Part shown: one piece after another, positions 1 to 10,352 of the stretch
Layout of the letters: every line of letters begins with the position of its first letter
How positions within the stretch are numbered: the stretch's first letter is position 1
From: TPA_inf: Saccharomyces
Taxonomy: Eukaryota
Assembly: GCA_000146045.2 (NCBI GenBank)
Contig: BK006946.2
Location: 736,001-800,000, forward strand
Direction: 5' to 3'
Length of the DNA stretch: 64,000 bases
The notes under the pieces: model-generated
Told to the model about the DNA's origin: nothing
What the model saw: the letters and a program-made list of their open reading frames with translations, nothing else
Databases searched by the model: none
Program-made: the position numbers and the translations under genes

Positions 1-634
1 ATTGAGTTACTTTGTTTCTAATAAACTAATCTTCAAGGAGATGGGCGGTAATGAAGTACTGAAAGAAAAAGTATTGAGGCCAATTATAGAGGGGGAAAGA
101 ATGCCACTGTTGGATATAATTAAAGCGCTATCCCGTACAAATGTAGCCCACTTTGGGCTGATACAAGACATCATTATTGATCATGTCAAAACCGAAGATA
201 CAGAAATCAAAAGGAACGAAAAACTAATTGAATCTTACGATAAAGAGTTAAAGGAGAAAAACAAGAAGTTGAAGAACACCATTAATTCAGATCAACCTCT
301 CCACGTACCCCTGAAGAATCAAACGTGTTTCATGTGTAGACTGACATTGGATATTCCTGTAGTTTTTTTTAAATGTGGTCACATTTACCACCAACATTGT
401 CTAAATGAGGAAGAAGATACTCTAGAAAGCGAGAGAAAGCTCTTTAAATGTCCCAAATGCTTGGTGGACTTAGAAACCTCCAACAAACTTTTTGAAGCTC
501 AACACGAAGTAGTTGAAAAGAATGATCTTTTGAATTTTGCATTAAACAGTGAAGAAGGTAGTAGAGACCGTTTCAAAGTCATAACAGAGTTTTTAGGTAG
601 AGGTGCCATCAGTTATTCTGACATCACTATTTAA
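1..634 (+). CDS. PEP5: C-terminal 210 aa of Vps11/Pep5 (HOPS/CORVET subunit); 5' end lies outside the window
   Basis: Frame +2 ORF ends with TAA at 632-634. Translation shows a RING-H2 finger ([26 protein letters not shown]...KCPKC) typical of the Vps11 C-terminus. Position immediately upstream of FUS2 and TRI1 matches the chrXIII gene order. Confidence 0.85.
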
Positions 635-704
635 TGATGGATCATAACGATCTATTGTCGCCGCCGCGTCACAAATGCGCCCCGAACTTGTCGCGAAGTT
701 AATC

Positions 705-732
705 TGAAACATATATGTTACCTACTGAAACA
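705..732. promoter_or_regulatory. Two perfect Ste12 pheromone response elements (TGAAACA at 705-711 and 726-732) about 200 bp upstream of FUS2
   Basis: aatcTGAAACAtatatgttacctacTGAAACAgcgc, plus a TGAAACC half-site at 859-865. FUS2 is pheromone-induced (established knowledge). Confidence 0.6.
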
Positions 733-925
733 GCGCATGTTGGAAAAGACAAAGGTGAAGACGAAGTTGTATATTTAAGATAGACCCTTTATACATCCTT
801 TTGAAAAAATTATTAATGTGGCAACCGTCTTTTATTTGACAAAGTATCTTTTTTCTTTGTGAAACCAATTTTAGGTTTTCTTGTTATAGTAAGTTCTTAA
901 GAAAAAGACAAGAAAACCCCTTGCG

Positions 926-2959
926 ATGTTTAAGACTTCATATAACTTGTACGATTTGAACTATCCGAAAAATGATTCATTAACGCCAATAAGAGACTAC
1001 AAAAATGACTATTTTCATAAAAATGATGACAAATTACCAGAAATTGTTAGAAAACCTACGAGAAAGTTATCGAAACATGAAAACAAACTCAACGATAAAA
1101 AATTCACGAATAAACGACCAGCAAGTCTGGACTTGCATTCTATAGTGGAGAGCCTGAGCAATAAAAAAATTTACTCTCCTATTAACACAGAGATATTTCA
1201 AAATGTCGTGAGACTGAATTTGAGCCCTCAGATTCCCAATTCTCCTCACGAGGGATGCAAATTTTATAAAATCGTACAGGAGTTTTACCTCTCTGAAGTG
1301 GAATATTACAATAATTTGTTAACCGCAAATAACGTATACAGAAAGGCATTGAATAGTGATCCAAGATTCAAGAATAAACTTGTCAAGCTTGATTCAAGTG
1401 ACGAGCTATTGCTTTTTGGGAACATTGACACTATTGCGTCAATCAGCAAAATACTGGTAACGGCAATAAAAGACCTACTTTTAGCCAAGCAACGTGGGAA
1501 AATGTTGGATGCGAATGAATGGCAAAAGATATTCACCAAAAATGAGGTACAACAGCAGCTATATTCAACTTTTGATATTTCAGAGGCGTTCGAGCAACAT
1601 TTGTTAAGAATCAAATCCACCTACACAAGCTATTTTGTTAGCCACCAAAAACAAATGGAACTATTTACTACATTAAGGATGAATAAGAATCATTTTTTTA
1701 ACAAGTGGTATGAATATTGTTTAAAAGAGAGTGGATGTATAAAGTTAGAGGACATATTGAAAAGCCCGATGAAAAGACTGACTCAGTGGATTGATACTTT
1801 GGAAACTTTGGAAAGCTGTTACGAAGATATTCTTTCGCCAGAATTGGGCTTGAAACTAAGCCCGACAAGAAGAAAATATTCTTTATTTTCCAATAAGTTA
1901 GAAACCGAGGTCTCCGAGTATAAGAGTAATTCCATGTATAATTTCAGTTTAACCCCATCAGAGATTATACAAAGTTATGATGAAGATCAGTTTACACACC
2001 TTTTAAAACCCCCAGACAAACAAAATAAAAATATATGTAATGCATCTCGACAAGAGAGTAATTTGGATAATAGTAGAGTTCCTTCTCTTCTTTCTGGATC
2101 ATCGAGTTACTACTCAGATGTATCAGGGCTAGAAATTGTCACTAATACTTCAACTGCCTCAGCTGAGATGATAAATCTAAAAATGGATGAAGAAACAGAA
2201 TTTTTTACATTGGCAGATCACATCAGTAAATTCAAGAAAGTAATGAAAGGTTTGTTAGAATTAAAAAAGAATTTATTGAAAAACGATCTGTCAGGCATTA
2301 TTGATATCAGTTTAAGAAGAATAAATGCATGGAAAAAGGTGATCGAGTGCGAACGCCCTTCTGGTGCATTTTTTGCGCACGATAACTTAATATCGACCAT
2401 GTGTTCTTCGTACATAGATAAACTGCATGAACAAAAAAATCAAGTAACAATTTTGAAACTCACAGAGCTCGAAACAGATGTGATGAACCCACTTGAAAGA
2501 ATCATAGCCCATTGTACTACCGTTAAAAGCAAACTAAAAGATTTGCAAGCTTTGAAGAAAGATTACATGTTATTTTTACAAGAAAAAAAAGCAAATGTGC
2601 GAGATATTAAACGTGACTTGTTGGGAATGCATTTCCAAAACCTGCAAAACCAGATGAAAAGGGAATTACCGGTCTTTATTACTTTGATCCACGATACTAT
2701 CGAATGTATCTTGTTGAACTATATCAAAGTCTTCTTAAAATATTTGGAAATCATTGCTGGTGGAAAAAAATACCTGCAAAAAGATCTTGAAAATATGTCT
2801 CTTAATGACTCTATAGCTACCGGCCAAATTAAAAATCTTGATATTTTGCAGTGTTATTCTAAATCACGATATATGACAAAACGCATGGTAAGAAAAGATT
2901 GGCCTTTCCCTGGAGACCCTAGTGGAAGCCGTGTTGTCAGAAAACTTTTCGAACTTTAA
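926..2959 (+). CDS. FUS2: Fus2, cell-fusion protein with a Dbl-homology (RhoGEF-like) region, 677 aa
   Basis: ATG at 926 and 677-aa ORF, the length of FUS2. Two perfect Ste12 pheromone response elements (TGAAACA) lie about 200 bp upstream. Recognised from sequence and neighbourhood. Confidence 0.85.
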   Translation: MFKTSYNLYDLNYPKNDSLTPIRDYKNDYFHKNDDKLPEIVRKPTRKLSKHENKLNDKKFTNKRPASLDLHSIVESLSNKKIYSPINTEIFQNVVRLNLSPQIPNSPHEGCKFYKIVQEFYLSEVEYYNNLLTANNVYRKALNSDPRFKNKLVKLDSSDELLLFGNIDTIASISKILVTAIKDLLLAKQRGKMLDANEWQKIFTKNEVQQQLYSTFDISEAFEQHLLRIKSTYTSYFVSHQKQMELFTTLRMNKNHFFNKWYEYCLKESGCIKLEDILKSPMKRLTQWIDTLETLESCYEDILSPELGLKLSPTRRKYSLFSNKLETEVSEYKSNSMYNFSLTPSEIIQSYDEDQFTHLLKPPDKQNKNICNASRQESNLDNSRVPSLLSGSSSYYSDVSGLEIVTNTSTASAEMINLKMDEETEFFTLADHISKFKKVMKGLLELKKNLLKNDLSGIIDISLRRINAWKKVIECERPSGAFFAHDNLISTMCSSYIDKLHEQKNQVTILKLTELETDVMNPLERIIAHCTTVKSKLKDLQALKKDYMLFLQEKKANVRDIKRDLLGMHFQNLQNQMKRELPVFITLIHDTIECILLNYIKVFLKYLEIIAGGKKYLQKDLENMSLNDSIATGQIKNLDILQCYSKSRYMTKRMVRKDWPFPGDPSGSRVVRKLFEL

Positions 2960-3184
2960 CAAAAGAGTATATTTAGCTTATAGTTTTTAGAATGTTTTGT
3001 TTTCTTTTTTATTAAAGTAGTACTACTGCGCTGGAGCAGTATATATGTTGAACTATAGTCAGTCACCTATAATTTGTTTGCTGGCGCGAAGGAGAAAGAA
3101 AATTTTAATTAATTCATGAAAAGCCTTAAGAAAAAGTTTAAGAGGAAATGAGCAAATAGAAGGCAAATAGAGGGTGAAAGCATT

Positions 3185-3865
3185 ATGGCCGACATCAATA
3201 AATATATTCCGATGGTTGACGCTATTTTGAGCGTATCCAACCCCGATGAAATAAGCCCAAAAAGGGTGAGGAAAGCCCTGCAAATTCTCTATTCAGTTAA
3301 TTTGGATTCACAAAGAAAGTTAATTAATGAATTGATTCTTGAGAGGTTCGGCGATATACAAGAAAACCCAAGAGTCTTAATTCCGAAGAACGACCTCATT
3401 AGTCGGGATCAAGAACTATCTTTGAGGTTACAGAAGGAAGAAGAAAGACCCTTGAGGTCTACGAGGAAAAGGAAAGGTAAAAGTGAAAGTAAATCTAAAA
3501 GGAAGAAGAAAAAGAATGATAGTCCTGATTCCAACAGCATTTCCGTCCGCAAAGTTCTGTTGTCAGCTCCTTTACAAAAGTTTCTAGGATCTGAAGAACT
3601 GCCACGAACGCAAGTAGTGAAGATGATATGGCAGTATATCAAAGAGCATGATCTTCAAAACCCAAAAGATCGTAGAGAAATTCTATGCGATGAGAAGATG
3701 GAACCAATTTTTGGCAAAAAAATGACGATGTTTTCAATGAATAAACTCTTAACTAAGCACTTGTTTAATCCCGATGAAATTGTGAAACATGAAGAGGAAC
3801 AAAAGCAAACACCCGAAAAAGAAATCAAATTGGAAAACGAATCTCTTCCCAATTTAAGCGGTTGA
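3185..3865 (+). CDS. TRI1: Tri1, SWIB/MDM2-domain protein with an N-terminal DEK-C domain, 226 aa (paralog of UAF30)
   Basis: N-terminal DEK-C-like segment (ISPKRVRKALQILYSV) and a SWIB domain (LSAPLQKFLGSEELPRTQVVKMIWQYIKEHDLQNPKDRREILCDEKMEPIFG). Length 226 aa. Confidence 0.85.
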   Translation: MADINKYIPMVDAILSVSNPDEISPKRVRKALQILYSVNLDSQRKLINELILERFGDIQENPRVLIPKNDLISRDQELSLRLQKEEERPLRSTRKRKGKSESKSKRKKKKNDSPDSNSISVRKVLLSAPLQKFLGSEELPRTQVVKMIWQYIKEHDLQNPKDRREILCDEKMEPIFGKKMTMFSMNKLLTKHLFNPDEIVKHEEEQKQTPEKEIKLENESLPNLSG

Positions 3866-4265
3866 TCTTGGCTGTAGCACTTATACAAATTTAATGATTT
3901 TTTTTCCTCTTTGATGACATGTATAAAGCACACTGCACCTACTGTATTGTACTTGAAACAGGTAAATTAACAATTAATGTAGCATTAGTAATAAATAATT
4001 TCACTTCACGGCGTTAAAGAAATACTATGGCAAATTCGATTTGAGAATTTCGTCAAATTCTGATGATATCAATTAATGGCATATTTTTTTTATTTTTTAT
4101 CTGGAGAAAAAAATGTAAAAATGACAGCAGCATCAACAATGAATAAAAGCAAGTACAATAGTCGTAAAGATCTATATTAATTTCATGGCAGCACAATAAT
4201 ACACGTTGTTTAAATTAGTTAAAGTGTCACTCCTTGCTTATCGAAGGAACTATCGATTCCTAATT

Positions 4266-5312
4266 ATGGCAAGGCAAGGGAACTTCTACGCGGTTAGAAA
4301 GGGCAGGGAAACTGGGATCTATAATACATGGAATGAATGTAAAAACCAAGTTGATGGTTATGGTGGTGCAATTTATAAAAAATTTAACAGCTACGAGCAA
4401 GCGAAATCTTTCCTAGGTCAACCAAATACTACATCAAACTATGGAAGTTCAACGCATGCTGGAGGGCAAGTTAGTAAACCTCATACCACTCAAAAGCGAG
4501 TTCATCGAAGGAATCGGCCACTTCATTATTCCTCCTTGACATCGTCATCAGCATGTTCATCTTTAAGCTCTGCTAATACAAATACCTTTTATTCAGTAAA
4601 GAGTAATGTTCCAAATATCGAGAGTAAAATCTTTAACAATTGGAAAGACTGTCAAGCCTATGTCAAGCATAAAAGGGGTATAACCTTCAAGAAGTTTGAA
4701 GACCAATTAGCTGCGGAAAACTTCATTAGTGGTATGAGTGCGCATGATTACAAGCTCATGAATATATCCAAAGAAAGTTTTGAATCTAAGTATAAGCTTT
4801 CTAGCAATACCATGTACAACAAGTCTATGAACGTTTACTGTGATGGTTCAAGTTTTGGAAACGGCACGTCATCTTCAAGGGCAGGTTATGGTGCATATTT
4901 TGAAGGAGCGCCAGAGGAAAATATTTCAGAACCCTTATTATCGGGAGCTCAAACTAATAATAGAGCTGAAATCGAAGCAGTATCAGAAGCTTTGAAGAAA
5001 ATCTGGGAAAAGTTAACTAATGAAAAGGAAAAAGTAAATTATCAAATCAAAACTGATTCAGAGTACGTAACCAAATTATTAAATGACAGGTATATGACGT
5101 ATGATAATAAAAAACTTGAAGGGCTACCTAATTCTGATTTAATTGTTCCTTTGGTGCAGAGGTTCGTTAAAGTTAAAAAGTACTATGAGTTGAATAAAGA
5201 GTGCTTCAAAAATAATGGTAAATTTCAGATTGAATGGGTAAAAGGACACGATGGTGATCCAGGAAATGAAATGGCAGATTTTCTGGCGAAGAAAGGAGCA
5301 TCTAGACGATAA
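4266..5312 (+). CDS. RNH1: RNase H1, 348 aa, with two tandem N-terminal hybrid-binding domains and a C-terminal RNase H fold
   Basis: The ORF track starts at a TTG (4206). The first ATG is at 4266 (MARQGNFYAV...) and gives the known 348 aa. Duplicated HBD segments (FYAVRKGRETGIYNTWNEC... and FYSVKSNVPNIESKIFNNWKDC...). RNase H catalytic residues sit in CDGSSFGNG / NNRAEIEAV / IKTDSEYV / HDGDPGNEMADFLAKKGA. Confidence 0.9.
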   Translation: MARQGNFYAVRKGRETGIYNTWNECKNQVDGYGGAIYKKFNSYEQAKSFLGQPNTTSNYGSSTHAGGQVSKPHTTQKRVHRRNRPLHYSSLTSSSACSSLSSANTNTFYSVKSNVPNIESKIFNNWKDCQAYVKHKRGITFKKFEDQLAAENFISGMSAHDYKLMNISKESFESKYKLSSNTMYNKSMNVYCDGSSFGNGTSSSRAGYGAYFEGAPEENISEPLLSGAQTNNRAEIEAVSEALKKIWEKLTNEKEKVNYQIKTDSEYVTKLLNDRYMTYDNKKLEGLPNSDLIVPLVQRFVKVKKYYELNKECFKNNGKFQIEWVKGHDGDPGNEMADFLAKKGASRR

Positions 5313-5511
5313 TGCTGTTTTTTGCTTGGCTTCTTACTGGACCTGTTGTACCTGTAATAGAAATATATATTTTATATCTTTTGCATACATATACATACAT
5401 CAGCTATTTGGTTTTTTAACTTACCCGATAACTATCTATAAGCGTGTCACCATGATATTTGCCTGAACCTCGTCCACAGTTGATTGTGTTTATTTTTACT
5501 TTTATTCATAG

Positions 5512-6735
5512 CTATTTGATTTCAGTTTCAGCTAAACGTTCAGCAAGATCATCTACTTGTACTTCTAGCAGTTCCTTTTCAAGCCTTTCCGTTTCAATTT
5601 CTTCGAGTTTTTCATCCTCGTCCTCGTCTTCCTCGTCCTCGCCTTCCTCATCTTCACTATCGACCTCTTCAAAATCGTCAACCTCTAAATCATCAAATTT
5701 GCTTTGGAGCAAATCTAAAGCATCAGAATCTTCATCTAATCTGTTACCATTTATTTCTAGCTTTTCCAATTCAGGTAAATTTCCCTTTTCCATAGCCGGT
5801 AAGAAGGATACTTCAATGGTTTCTTGAGCCATTTCATTATATTCGAATTTCAAGACATGCAAATTGGGGAATTTAACTTCGGTGAATACTTTAAAGACTT
5901 CATCTGAACCAGCAGTTTTCAAAAGACAGTCGTTCAAATTCAATTCAAATAAACTATCCTTCCATGTAGGCAAGGCCTTAGCAAGGATCAAAGAAGCATG
6001 TTTCGTGAAAGTATTGTCTTGAAGATCCAAGATTTCCAAGTTTTTCAAGTACTGTAAACCGTAATGAATTAGCGTGGCGACACCTTTAGGCCTAATACCA
6101 TTTTGGTACAGCTTTACGACTTTCAAACCTTCGGAGTGGCTTTTCAAACCCAGAGCTAAGTAGACTGCGGATCCATTCTCTAATCTATTTCTACCACAGA
6201 TAAAAGTTTCCAAAAATGGTTTGGAAGCAGCTTTCTTATTTTGAGCGAGATGAAATAGGGCCTTACCAATCCTTTCACCAGCAAAAGGGCCCATACCATT
6301 GTTACTTAAGATCAAATGTTTGATATTCACGGCATGTGCAATGTAATCTTCTAGTAACTCGATTGTTCTTAGCCCAAACGCATTATCAGAAAGGTTCACA
6401 ATCTCCAAGTGAGGACATTTCAACAGAACAGGCAATAAAAACTTCAACGAATCAACGACTTCGTCAACCAACCTCGAAGTGTATAAGTCAGCAAAATTTA
6501 CTTCAACCAAAGATTCCCTGACCTGTGTATTTTCAGCGATGCATTTAGCTAATGCTTCCGAAGCTTCAGTACCGATTGTATTCCCTGAAAGGTCTAATTT
6601 GGTACAGGTTTTCAAAGCTGCCAATTCTTCCAGGTATGGTTTGATATCGTCACTGGTTGTTAACTTGAGTGCCTTCCCAGAGATGGAGTAAACTTGTTCT
6701 TCCTCGTGCTGAGGAACGAAGTGCAAGGTAGCCAT
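5512..6735 (-). CDS. RNA1: Ran GTPase-activating protein (leucine-rich repeats plus acidic C-terminal tail), 407 aa
   Basis: 407-aa ORF with LRR pattern throughout and a C-terminal poly-acidic tail ([27 protein letters not shown]). Matches RNA1 in length and N-terminus MATLHFVPQHEEEQ. Confidence 0.9.
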   Translation of the reverse strand: MATLHFVPQHEEEQVYSISGKALKLTTSDDIKPYLEELAALKTCTKLDLSGNTIGTEASEALAKCIAENTQVRESLVEVNFADLYTSRLVDEVVDSLKFLLPVLLKCPHLEIVNLSDNAFGLRTIELLEDYIAHAVNIKHLILSNNGMGPFAGERIGKALFHLAQNKKAASKPFLETFICGRNRLENGSAVYLALGLKSHSEGLKVVKLYQNGIRPKGVATLIHYGLQYLKNLEILDLQDNTFTKHASLILAKALPTWKDSLFELNLNDCLLKTAGSDEVFKVFTEVKFPNLHVLKFEYNEMAQETIEVSFLPAMEKGNLPELEKLEINGNRLDEDSDALDLLQSKFDDLEVDDFEEVDSEDEEGEDEEDEDEDEKLEEIETERLEKELLEVQVDDLAERLAETEIK

Positions 6736-6970
6736 AGCTAAAAATCTGTTTCGAAAGACAGCCTGTTAAAATGGCCTATATTCACCTTTTACCGTGATAT
6801 TATGCCTTTGATCAATATCTTCCTAATAAATTTTTTTCCATTAATTGTCCCACAACGTGCATAGTGACATGCATTCCATGACCAAACTAAGAGCTTTAAA
6901 TCAAAAGTAGAATTTGACATTATGAAACAACACGACAACAAGAAAAGACTAGAGGACTTCACAGACCATT

Positions 6971-7444
6971 ATGAACGGCGGAGGCAAGAATGTTTTGAAT
7001 AAAAACTCAGTGGGCTCAGTATCAGAAGTTGGTCCGGACTCAACACAAGAGGAAACGCCACGAGATGTCCGTCTTTTGCATCTGCTCCTCGCATCACAGT
7101 CGATTCATCAATATGAGGACCAAGTACCGCTACAATTGATGGATTTTGCACATAGGTACACACAAGGAGTCCTTAAGGACGCGTTGGTTTACAACGACTA
7201 CGCTGGCAGTGGAAATTCTGCCGGCAGTGGATTAGGAGTAGAAGACATACGGCTTGCCATTGCAGCGAGAACACAATACCAATTTAAGCCTACGGCACCT
7301 AAGGAGCTCATGTTACAGTTAGCTGCGGAAAGAAACAAGAAGGCATTACCTCAAGTGATGGGTACGTGGGGTGTCAGGCTTCCCCCAGAAAAATATTGTC
7401 TCACAGCGAAGGAGTGGGACCTTGAGGACCCAAAGTCTATGTGA
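6971..7444 (+). CDS. TAF9: TFIID/SAGA subunit Taf9 (histone H3-like fold), 157 aa
   Basis: 157-aa ORF with ATG at 6971. Histone-fold region (PRDVRLLHLLLASQSIHQYEDQVPLQLMDFAHRYTQGVLKDALVY). Only 235 bp separate it from divergently transcribed RNA1. Confidence 0.9.
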   Translation: MNGGGKNVLNKNSVGSVSEVGPDSTQEETPRDVRLLHLLLASQSIHQYEDQVPLQLMDFAHRYTQGVLKDALVYNDYAGSGNSAGSGLGVEDIRLAIAARTQYQFKPTAPKELMLQLAAERNKKALPQVMGTWGVRLPPEKYCLTAKEWDLEDPKSM

Positions 7445-7748
7445 ATGCACCGCTTATATATCATAAGTACACTAAATCAAGTTCTTCCGGAAGATGCGTC
7501 ATGTAGAATGCATAATAGAGTAATATACACTAAATAATGCGCTAGTCGTGTATCGTGATCATGTTCTCTAATGTTCTTTTTCCTGCCTGCCCTTTCCTAC
7601 ATGGAAAGTTAGAGAAATGAGATCTACACGATAATGTAGTAACAAATGGACCCTTAAACATCTCAATTCATCTTCTTGAGAGCACTTTCCGCGCTGTATT
7701 GATTTTTAGAACGTGAAAAGGATAAACTGAAAACTTGAAGTCCTAACC

Positions 7749-9923
7749 ATGTTGTCTCAAACCTCCATACCGGAAGTGAAAGAAGACGTGATAGGCTATG
7801 CGCTACACCAGAGGAGAGCCAGAGTGGGACAATTCCAAGACTTGGGTCCGCCTGATTTAATTACTTTGATCAAATCGTTACCTTCATCCTCGAGCACAAC
7901 AACTGCTACTGCCTCCGCCAACGATAACGGAGCAACTTCAAACATCAATGGACAAGATCCTACGACCATAGTTACGGAGTTACATTCCCATGACAAATTA
8001 AAGGGGCAGATCGGCACTTTCTTTTACTGTATGGGTATCGATACTTCGGATCCAACTTCTATTACAATCTTTGCCAAAAAGATAACCGATCTTTTCTTAG
8101 ACACGCCCCAAATTTGGTTTGGTAAGAAGAAGCACTTTCACGTATCGAAGATTTCTATCAGTTCTTGGAATGCGTTTAGGAAATATGATGTTAACATTAT
8201 AGTTCACATTCCAGGAACTGTGCAAACCTACATTATAAATAGCGACGGTGAACAATCGCAACTTCCCTCCGTGGCAGAAGCGTCATCTGGCCGCAACTCA
8301 CAGGATTTAAACGTCAACATGATTTGGGCGGAAACGTTTATGAGTGGTATTGTACGTGACATTATGATTATGAAAGATAATCGTGCGGATGGAGAATCCC
8401 AGAATTTGGTAGAAACACTAATTTTCAATCCATTTACCTCGGGTGAGTTGGAAGATGTTGCCAATAACTTTATTAAACTGTTCCCCTTGGTCTATGAAAA
8501 AGGTGTTTATTTAGATGCACCTACTCACGTTTTAAATCCCTCGTTAACCAATAATTATTTAGTGGAAACTTTAGTGGAAATAGTTAGGTTAACTAAGAGT
8601 TTGGAAGCATGTCGTAAAATGCTCAAGAAGTTAATAGAAATTCATCCAGAAGCAGTAATAATATTAATTCGTGTTTATTTTGCGTGCGATTTAGAGATAG
8701 ATGCAGTTGACCTGATCAACGAGCAACTAAATTCCCCCTCTTCGTTCTTAGCCGACGATTCAAAGACTAGCCATATCCAGCTAATCTTCAAATCCGAATT
8801 ATTAAGTATTCAAAGTGAATTCTTACTGGATGTCAAGAGAGATTACAAGCTTGCTAAGGAAGTAGCCATGGAGGCTGTTAACTGTGCACCAAACGAATTT
8901 AAAACTTGGTATTTATTGACTAGAATATACATTAAACTAAACGATATGTCAAATGCCTTGCTATCGTTAAACGCCTGCCCCATGTCACAGGTTAAGGAAA
9001 AATACGTTCTTAGAAGAATTGCGCCTATTACTTCAGATGAAAATCTTCATCTGCCATTACCATTGGATGCCTCAATTGAGGAGATTTCGTCATTGAACCC
9101 CATGGATGTCCAGTTGGAGCAAAAGTCCGCAGATCCAAACCTAGTCAATCTCTCTGCGTCAAGTTTAAAGTCTACTTTCCAACTAGCCTATAAATTATTG
9201 ACAGAAATTGTCCAAATAACAGGATGGGAGCAGCTGTTGAAATATAGATCAAAAATTTTCGTTATGGAAGACGAGTACCAAGGCTCCACTTCTTCCATTG
9301 ATGAAGCAGAAGTTCGCGGTAATGATATATCCAAAATGAGATCAAAGAGGCTATGCGAAAGATGGTTGGATAATCTCTTCATGTTACTATACGAAGATTT
9401 GAAAACTTACACCGATTGGCAATCAGAGCAATTGTATTTTGATGCTCAAAACAGTAAATATCACAAATTAACTGTTGAATGGGAATTATTCGGCCTTTGT
9501 GCGAAAAGACTGGGACATCTTCCAGAAGCTGCGAAGGCTTTCCAAATTGGGCTTTCCCAAAGATTTTCTCCAGTATGCGCAAAGAATCTATTACAGTTTT
9601 ACATTGACGAGCATAAGCGTATTAGGAGGGATTCAGTCTCAGCAAACTCCGAGTTAACCTCTTCTCAAATATTGTCAAGTATCAATGACATCGACAGCTC
9701 AATCATCGATCTAGTAGTCAAGATTTGTTGCTGGAATCATCGTTGGTACATCGAGTTCTCAATAATATTAATAGATGCTCTGAGTGTTGCAGTACAAGAT
9801 ATGGGCATTACTAAAGTACATAATGAAATTGCCTCTAGATTTTCTGACCCAGTAGCCCAATTGATTGACGATAACATTCTAAATTTTCTGAAGAATTTCA
9901 CGAATGACACTTTCGATAATTAG
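7749..9923 (+). CDS. BCH1: Bch1, ChAPs-family exomer cargo adaptor (Chs5-Arf1 binding), 724 aa
   Basis: 724-aa ORF with ATG at 7749. Length and position match BCH1. TPR-like helical C-terminal half. Confidence 0.85.
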   Translation: MLSQTSIPEVKEDVIGYALHQRRARVGQFQDLGPPDLITLIKSLPSSSSTTTATASANDNGATSNINGQDPTTIVTELHSHDKLKGQIGTFFYCMGIDTSDPTSITIFAKKITDLFLDTPQIWFGKKKHFHVSKISISSWNAFRKYDVNIIVHIPGTVQTYIINSDGEQSQLPSVAEASSGRNSQDLNVNMIWAETFMSGIVRDIMIMKDNRADGESQNLVETLIFNPFTSGELEDVANNFIKLFPLVYEKGVYLDAPTHVLNPSLTNNYLVETLVEIVRLTKSLEACRKMLKKLIEIHPEAVIILIRVYFACDLEIDAVDLINEQLNSPSSFLADDSKTSHIQLIFKSELLSIQSEFLLDVKRDYKLAKEVAMEAVNCAPNEFKTWYLLTRIYIKLNDMSNALLSLNACPMSQVKEKYVLRRIAPITSDENLHLPLPLDASIEEISSLNPMDVQLEQKSADPNLVNLSASSLKSTFQLAYKLLTEIVQITGWEQLLKYRSKIFVMEDEYQGSTSSIDEAEVRGNDISKMRSKRLCERWLDNLFMLLYEDLKTYTDWQSEQLYFDAQNSKYHKLTVEWELFGLCAKRLGHLPEAAKAFQIGLSQRFSPVCAKNLLQFYIDEHKRIRRDSVSANSELTSSQILSSINDIDSSIIDLVVKICCWNHRWYIEFSIILIDALSVAVQDMGITKVHNEIASRFSDPVAQLIDDNILNFLKNFTNDTFDN

Positions 9924-10352
9924 AAAAAGATGAATACAATCAATAAAAAGGTGAAAGAAATCAATTAACAAGAAACGGGTTATGTATTTTATGTATGATA
10001 TCCTGGCATTGTCATGTATAGGTCACCTTCTTGGGGAATTTCCCATTTTCAAGTTATTCTGCCTCTAATGCGATAACCGTAATCTTAAATTGTTTAATTT
10101 CTTTTTCACAATCTGAGCCACGCCCGAAAAAAAAACAATGTAATCCGCGTAAAGCGAAACTGAGTATAACCCAAAAATAGAATGTAAATTAATGAAAAGC
10201 CCATTTCTCCAAAAGATCAGCTTTACTCAAATATCTAATTAAGTAATTGACTGTGTACATTGTCCTTTATCTCATTTTGAATCACCTTTATTAATTTTTG
10301 GTTGTTATATAGGACGAACAAATTAGAACGAAATCATATCCAGAACGCAGAT

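Noticed and set aside
4206-4265. 5' extensions of RNH1 and, likewise, of DFG5 (10302), GTO3 (36822), YMR252C (39725), YMR253C (41220), CUE1 (59799) and YMR265C (61958) in the ORF track
   Set aside because: All begin at TTG/GTG codons. Re-anchoring to the first ATG reproduces the expected protein lengths and sensible N-termini (signal peptides, TM anchors).
5459-5827. 122-aa Ser-rich ORF (SSSSSSS…) on the plus strand
   Set aside because: It is exactly antisense to the GAA/GAG/GAC acidic-tail repeat of RNA1. It is a low-complexity mirror-image artefact with a non-ATG start in the track.
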